NCBI GenBank assembly: GCA_043228905.1
Contig: JBHGNT010000008.1
Coordinates: 3,534,001 to 3,598,000, forward strand
From: Azolla caroliniana
Taxonomy: Eukaryota; Plantae; Polypodiophyta
Reading direction: 5' to 3'
DNA length: 64,000 nucleotides
This document shows positions 56,963 through 64,000 of this stretch, piece by piece. The notes beneath the pieces are model-generated. The model searched no databases. It was not told the DNA's origin and saw nothing but the letters and a program-made list of their open reading frames with translations. The position numbers and the translations under genes are program-made. Every line of letters begins with the position of its first letter. Position 1 is the first letter of the stretch.

Positions 56963-59900
56963 GGAGTCGATATTTTGTCTCCTTCAGTGACGACTAATTG
57001 CGGCACACGTGGATCTATATTATTGAAAAGAAGAATGAAGTCTTCAACTGTTTCCGGAACCTCAAAAGCTTCGTAGAAAGGGAAACATGGAGAAAGATCA
57101 TGTGCATGCGATCGGATGGCGGAAAAGAGTACTTTTTCGGCCAACTCAACAGTTATCTACAACAAATGGGAAATTGGCGTGAATTCAGTTGCAGGTATAC
57201 GCTGGAGCAAAACGACATAGCCGAAAGGAAAAATCGGTCGGTTGTGGAAGTACCGCGGGCAATGCTGGAAGAAAAGAGCTTGCCCAAGTTCTATTGGGCC
57301 GAAGCGGTATGAACTGCGGTCTACATCCAGAATCGGATCGGAGACAAGGTCTCGGCGTATGAGCTATATTTCGGAAGGAAGCCAAATCTATGACACTAGA
57401 GAGTTTTGGTAGCATTGCGTATGTCCATGTGCCGAAGGAGAAACGGAGGAAGTTGGACACGAAAGCTGAGAAATGTAGCTTCGTCGACTATTCGGACGAA
57501 CAGAAGGGTTATAAGTGTTATAACCCCCGAACCAAACAAGCTTGCGTGAGCCGCGATGTTGTGTACGACACGGATAAGGGCGAGTCGGATCGACGTGAAT
57601 CCGACTGCAAGAAGAGTGATGCTGGGCCTTCTAGAGTGAAGTCCGCGTCGGCCAAGAAAGCCTCAACGTCGGCTAATGAGCAATTACGCTGATATACCCG
57701 CCAAAAGAACCCTGTTGTGCGGTTTGGTTACAACGAGTACATGGCGCATTACTATGCGTACATGATGGTTGTAGCGCAAGTGCGTGAGCCAGAGAGCTAC
57801 GCAGAAGCGGCGAAGGACGCAAACTGGCATGCTGCAATGGAGGAAGAGATGCGCGCATTGGCGGATGTAAACGATTACTTGCGGAAGCGTTAGAAAAAAG
57901 AGAAAGCAGACAATACACAAAGTACACGGGAGAGACAGAGAGAGCAGAACGTAAAGGCTATATTCAGAAAACAATAAAACACTCTCTCTCTCTTACAACT
58001 ATGCTCAGTAACACTATTTATACAATTCCTCGTGGGACTGACAGAAGTACCACGTACTTCAATGCTCACACGAGCATCTGACACTTACTACGAGACTATA
58101 ACGGCCTAGTAGTCTAAACTAGTACTAGGCTTCCGGTTATCGATTGGATCCAGCTAACCGGCTCCCCAGCTCACCGGCTTTGTTGCTTATCCAGCTTACC
58201 GATCCGTCTCACTCACCGGCTCAGGCTTATCCAGCCGATCCGGCTCCAGTTGAGCTTGCCGCTCAACAGCGGGGAATGAAACTTGGGACCTAGTTGATGC
58301 ACCAAAGGGTGTGAAGCCGATCGGATGTAGGTGGGTGTACAAGGTCAAGTACAACACCAACAGCTCGGTCAACTGATACAAGGCCCGGTTAGTAACGAAA
58401 GGCTACGTGCAACAACATGGCATCGACTACGATGACACATTTGCGCCGGTCGCAAAGATGATGACCATCAGATTCTGTGTTTTGCTTGCGGTAGCTGCGG
58501 CGAAGGGGTGGCCTTTACATAAGATGGATGTCAAGAATGCGTTCCTAAAACGAGAGCTTAAGGAACATGTGTACATGGTACAATCCCCCGGATTTCACTC
58601 CGGAATGAACACCTCAGCGGTGTGTGGGTTGAAGAAGTCCCTTTATGGACTAAAGCAAGCCCCGCGTGCTTGGAACACGAAAATCGTGTAGCGATTGCGT
58701 CGGATGGGATTTGCAACGTCCAAATCAGACTCTTCACTGTTCATTCGGAAAGGTCGACTTGGGCCAGTCAGTATTTTACTTTATGTTGATGACTTGGTCA
58801 TCACCGGGATTACGTGTTGAGTATGCTCTTCAAGTTCGGGATGGAAAATTGTAAGTTTGTCTTGACTCCTTTAGGTAGACTCGTCAAGCTTCGCTCAGAC
58901 TCCGAAAAGCGTTGCGACCCAAAGAGGTTTCGACAGATTGTTGGAAGCCTCATATACTTGACTATCACTCGACCAAACGCCAATTACCCGATTGGTGTGA
59001 TTAATCAGTTCATGGCGAGGCTAACCGAGGAGCACCTTCAATGCGCACAACGCGTACTCCGGTACGTCAGTGGCACTAAGGACCGGGAGTGTTGGCGATC
59101 GCCGATCCACATCTGGATTTGCATTCTCTCTTGGGAGCGTCGCGATTGCGTGGAGTAGCAAGAAGCAGCTGACAGTTGCCGTGTCGAGCACCAAAGCTGA
59201 GAATAGAGGAGCGGTTGTCGCAACATGCGAAGCCATTTGGCTGAAACGATTACTGAAGGATCTGCAGGTGGAGGTGTCTGATCCGACGACGATCTACTAC
59301 GACAACCTTAGCAACATCCAGTTAGCGAAGAACCTTGTCTTCCACGGCCGGACTAAGCACATTGAGGTGCACTACCACTTTGTTCGCGAGCGTGTCCTCT
59401 CTGGTGAAGTCGAACTTCAGTATGTTCGGACAGATCGGCAGACCGTTGACATTTTCACCAAGCCCCTTGGTCTCGTCAAGTTGTGGCAATTCAAGTTGTA
59501 CAAATGTGTGAGATAAATGGTAATTTTTGGGTAATGTCTCAATACTATGACAGGACCGCGAAATCTCGGGTGTGCTTGGGTTGTGACAGCTCGATGTGAC
59601 GAACATGAGGGGGAGAGAAGTCCCGGAAGATCACGGAAGGGAGCAGGAAAGGAGCGAAAGAGACCGTGACGCCGAGTCGGATGACGAATTCGATTTTGGG
59701 TTGACTGAAGATGCCCAAGGCGGATCCGCGAAAGAGCCCGAAAGTGGACGTGGGGGAAGCAACCAAAAGAATGAGCCGAAGCTAGTCAAGCATGGGGGAG
59801 ATGAAGCCAACTCGGACGAGAGCAAAAACCAATCGGAGGAAACTGATTCGGTTCAGATGTTTGATTCGGAGACGCTGAATCAACCGAGGGCCAAGCGGAA

Positions 59901-60510
59901 GAAAGGGCAACCGAAGAGGCGCCAACACTACGATAGCAAGGGAGCTGAGAAGGGCCGCATGAGCACACACGCCGACCGGAAGGGTCGAGGCGCACGGAAT
60001 CCAACAAGACGAGGAGTGAAGCCAGAAGAAACCGGAGTGGTGATCCGGAAGAACCAGAAGAGCCTCAAGTTGAGCTTGAGGGGGAGTGTTGAGATACAAG
60101 CTCAAAATTGGCTGGATCGGCTGTGCAAGCCGAGAACCGGATCGGTTGGGCCGGACCGGTGCGTAAACCGGTGTGCAACAAGAAGCCATAGTGGTGCGTA
60201 AACCACGAGGCCGTTGGAAAGATATTCCGCGTAGGAATATATTTTGGGAGTTAGTGTAGAGCTCATTTATGAGCATTGAAGTACGTGTTAGTACTTCTGT
60301 CAGTCCATATGGACTTGTATAAAAGTGCTCACTGAGCACATCCTATGTATAGATTGAGTATTATTTTTTGAAAGAGTTGTGTGTATTGAATCTCTCTCCC
60401 TCTCTCTCTCTGTCTCTCCCGCGTATTGTGTGTTTTTTCAACCTTTCCATTAAACCTATGTTTTCCTTATGTTCGGTTTTCTGTTGCTTCCGCACGTTGT
60501 TCTTTTTTCA
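56963..60510 (+). mobile_element. Degenerate Ty1/Copia 'E' (A/B family): INT-RT-RH and 3' LTR 60087-60510
   Basis: GSRYFVSF start, RSDGGKEY, TKHIEVHYHFVRE, PPT GAGGGGGAG before TGTTGAGATACAAG. Confidence 0.88.
57866..58268 (-). repeat. Copia solo LTR (403 bp)
   Basis: TG...CA, TSD GCGGA/GCGGG; frame LA|ENETW rejoins across it. Confidence 0.85.
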
Positions 60511-63350
60511 CTCTGTTTGGCGCGGTTCCCCTTGTTCTTTAGTCGGTTCTCAATTTTGTCGAGTATTAAATCGGCTGACCGGCTCAGATTCAATTTCGAT
60601 CAAATCATCCTCTACATGATTCGGCCGAGCATCGACTCGACCCAATTCGGTAGTTGGAGACTTGTTCTCAATCTCCCAATTGACAATTTTCTTTTCCTCC
60701 ATGAAGATAATATCGCGGCTCCGGATCACTTTCTTCTTAGCTAAGTCTTGTAGCCGGTAGCCAAATTTATCATCGTAGTAGTCGAGAAATAGGCACGGTT
60801 GGGTCTTGGGATCGAGTTTTCCCCTCTGGTCCATATCTACACGGACATAGGCCAGGCAACCGAATACTCTTACATGCAGATATGAAACCTCTTTGTCGAA
60901 CCATACCCTTTGTGGTATGTCACCTTTCAGTGGGATTGAGGGAGACCTGTTTATCACATGAACGACTGTCATCAATGCCTCGACGCAGTATATCTTCAGT
61001 AGTTTTGCATGTGCCAACATACATCGAACTCTCTCCATCCCATTTAGTTCCTGCGTCTTCAGCACTATGTACTCTAGATGAATACCTTGAGTTCGGTAGT
61101 ACTCTTGGAATTACCCTCGATATTGACCGCTATTGTCTACTATTTGGACCACCTTCAATTTTCGGCTGGTTTCTCTCTCGGCTCTCGCTTGGAACTCCTT
61201 GAAAAAACTTAGTATTTGATCCTTTGTCTTCAGCACGTAAGCCCACAACTTATGATTGTGATCATCAATGAAGGTAACAAAGTACTATCCACCGGAATGA
61301 GACTTTGCATTTACATAGCATACATCGATGTGTACGAGTTTCAGGGTGGTTTTCCTCTGAATCAAAGGCCTTGGTCGGAACACGACTCTGTTATGTTTGC
61401 TGGCTAGGTAATCGACACATTTGTCCAGATGCACTTTCTTCATCTCCAGCAGGAGGTCTTTCTCAGCTAGCATCTGCATTCCCTTCTGGCTCATGTGGGA
61501 TAACCTCTTGTGTCACAACTCACCCGTTGTGTCGACTGTGACGTTCACTTCGTTTCGGCATAATTGAGCATTCATTATCTATAGTGTGATGGTTTTCCGG
61601 GCTCGAGCCACGATTAGGCTCCCCTTGCAGAACTTCATGATGCCATTCCGGATGCTACCCGTGTAGCCTTCATCATCTAGCCGACCAGCTGATATAAGAT
61701 TCAATCTAACTTCCAGAATTTTTTGAACATCTCTCAACACTAGTTTGCACTCGGTCGATGTCATCAGACACACATCTCCTATGCTGACAATTCAACATGC
61801 TCCTTCATTCCCCATTTTTACAAGACCGTGGTCGCCGGTCTTGTAAGATGAAAAGCACTTTTGGTCGGGGGTTAGGTGAAACGACGCACCTGAATCTACC
61901 ACCCATGTCGATTCTTCGTCGGTGAGGTTGACTTCATTTTGTTCACTGATGAACAACAACTCCTCTTCACTTGTGGCTATTGTGGAGGTGTTCTTTCTGT
62001 TCGGAATTTTCTTCGGCTCTACACCATCAGCTTCCCCTTTCTCCTTTCGAAAGTGTTGATAGTTCTTTTGCAAGTGCCCCGGCTTCCCACAGTAGAAGCA
62101 CGTGGGCCTTTCCCTCGACTTCAACCTCGTCCCTGACTTATCTCGATTTTCGGGACTTCGATGTCAGCCTCTTCCTTGATTTGTGTCACTCTCTCTGACT
62201 AAGGCCTTTAGGTTGTATTGGACTCCTGGTCCTGTCAATGAGCTTCTTCATTCAATAAGCTTGACTTCACCTGCTCTAGGGATAGATGCTTCCCTTCTGG
62301 TCCTGCATTTCCCAATGTGACAACTAGCGTTTGCCAGCTATCTGGAAGGGATTCCGACAACAATAGAGCTAATATCTCATCCACAAGGGGTACTTCTAGA
62401 GAGGTGGTTTGGTTCATCAGTCCTTGGAAGGCATTAATATGCTTTGCTATGCTAGAGCTGACTTACTAGAGTGTCACAATCATTTTGAAAACTGTGACCC
62501 TGTTCATGGCGTTCTTGTTTTCGAACATTACGCTTACCTTCTTCAAGAAGATGTCGGCTTCTGTTTCTTCACCAATGTTCTTGTACAGTCTCATGTCTAT
62601 AAAACACCTTTTGTATGTTGCAGCCTTCAGATGCAACACAACCCAAGTCGATGCATTAATCTTGTCTGGCCTTTTGTCTCCGAACTGCACCACCTACCAG
62701 AGCTCTTTGCACACGAGCACATCTCTCATCTTCGACTTCCACACTGAGTAAGTTGGAGCCGGTTATCTTGAACATGTCATCGAACGAGTCTTCCATCTCT
62801 TTGATACCACTTATTGGGATCGTGATCGGCCACAACCGGTCGATCGTTCATATATTTGGGTTCACAGAAAACGAGCAAGGTAATGCTCAGACAGAAGATA
62901 ATAGAAAAACACAGAAACAAGACACGAATATTTAATGTGGAAAATCCGAATCGGGAAAAAACATGTGGAGTCCACAAACTCTGAAAAAACTATGAGAAGT
63001 ACAATAAGAAGCTCGGAGGAAACAACCTCGAGTTCTTCTTCGTCGGACTAACGGTTGTAGATTTACCAACTCTTACACTCTCACTCTCTCTCTTTCTTAC
63101 ACAGTTACAAAGGCAACTACCTTCAGTGTAACTCTTCAACAATGATCAACTACATTACCTTAAAGTTTGTCCTAGTTGTATTTATACATATACACCTTTC
63201 TGGCTATTTATAGATATAGCCCACATGGGCACAGTTAGATTATTTACAATTATAGCCCCTCGAATCGGACACAAAATCGATTATTGGCTTCAGCCGAGTT
63301 TACTCCTCAATTCGACTCATTCCATCCGGAGGGAACCGGTTTTCTCAACA
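60511..63350 (-). mobile_element. Degenerate Tork-like Ty1/Copia 'D' (5' LTR 62812-63350, PBS 62802-62809, gag-PR-INT)
   Basis: Homologous to C: WVVDSGASFHLTP, RLNLISAGRLDDEGYTGSIRNG, GKLDPKT. Confidence 0.88.
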
Positions 63351-63745
63351 CTACCCCCATTTGGCTTTTTATAATGATCAGATCTTGTACTATTTAAACC
63401 CCACCTATGGGGCATGAAAGAAGGAAGGAAATATATTGAAGTTACCCTTCAACTGTGTCTGTCTTGATTCCCTCTCTCTCATTCTCTCTCAGTGTCTCTC
63501 TCCCTCTCCCCGCACATTCGAACCCCCTTAGGTGGGGTGGAGCCGATCTTGGCTCCACCCCCCAGCCATCAACAATGTTGAAGTAGATGTTTTCAGCCAA
63601 ATGATGGCCAGGTAGGACGACCAATGGTGTGAAAAGGGACAAAAGGCCAAACAGGAAAAAGACAAACAAAGCTAGCTTAGAACCGAGTAGGGCGGTACGA
63701 TAACGATGAAACAATGAATGATTGTAATATTTTGTAATCGACCAC

Positions 63746-64000
63746 TATTGAGAATCAAGCTTAACCTATTCTAGTGCTTGAACACACCTTGAGAGTGTAT
63801 GAACACTCAAAGGTGAAAAGTTACCACTACTTTTGTAGCATTAACTATAATGTGTCATAAAATCATATTTTATGACACATAACTAATGAGTTTCCACATT
63901 CCCCATGACCGATGAGGTTCGGTAGTTAATGAAGAGAGATGGTGACTATATAAAGCACCCTCCTCCTACTTTGTAGTGTGTCAGTTAATCTCCTTTGTAA
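63746..64000 (+). repeat. Start of a Copia LTR related to 13298-13687
   Basis: T(A)TTGAGAATCAA start, shared TGTGTCATA..TATGACACA palindrome and GGTGACTA.ATAA TATA region. Confidence 0.75.

Overview
Eukaryotic, almost certainly land-plant DNA (plant tRNA-iMet, -Arg and -Trp primer sites, GT-AG introns, TTTAGGG motifs; a non-seed plant is my inference). The window is a nest of transposable elements with no host gene: two Athila-like Ty3/Gypsy copies (one intact, with an unlisted >=568-aa extra ORF), an unusual tRNA-Trp-primed Gypsy family with 4-bp CG-centred target duplications, a decayed chromovirus-like Gypsy, about eight Ty1/Copia copies (one very young), solo LTRs and a 5'-truncated LINE. 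The standout is a 10,025-bp TIR DNA transposon (19561-29585; 29-bp TIRs, 4-bp TSD CAAG). It carries a Sola-like DDD transposase and, divergently, a 6-exon spliced gene for a ParB/Srx-like domain fused to a prokaryote-type beta-class amino-DNA methyltransferase (N6-adenine or N4-cytosine). Both genes are pseudogenised in this copy. All family assignments are by eye from motifs; no searches were run.
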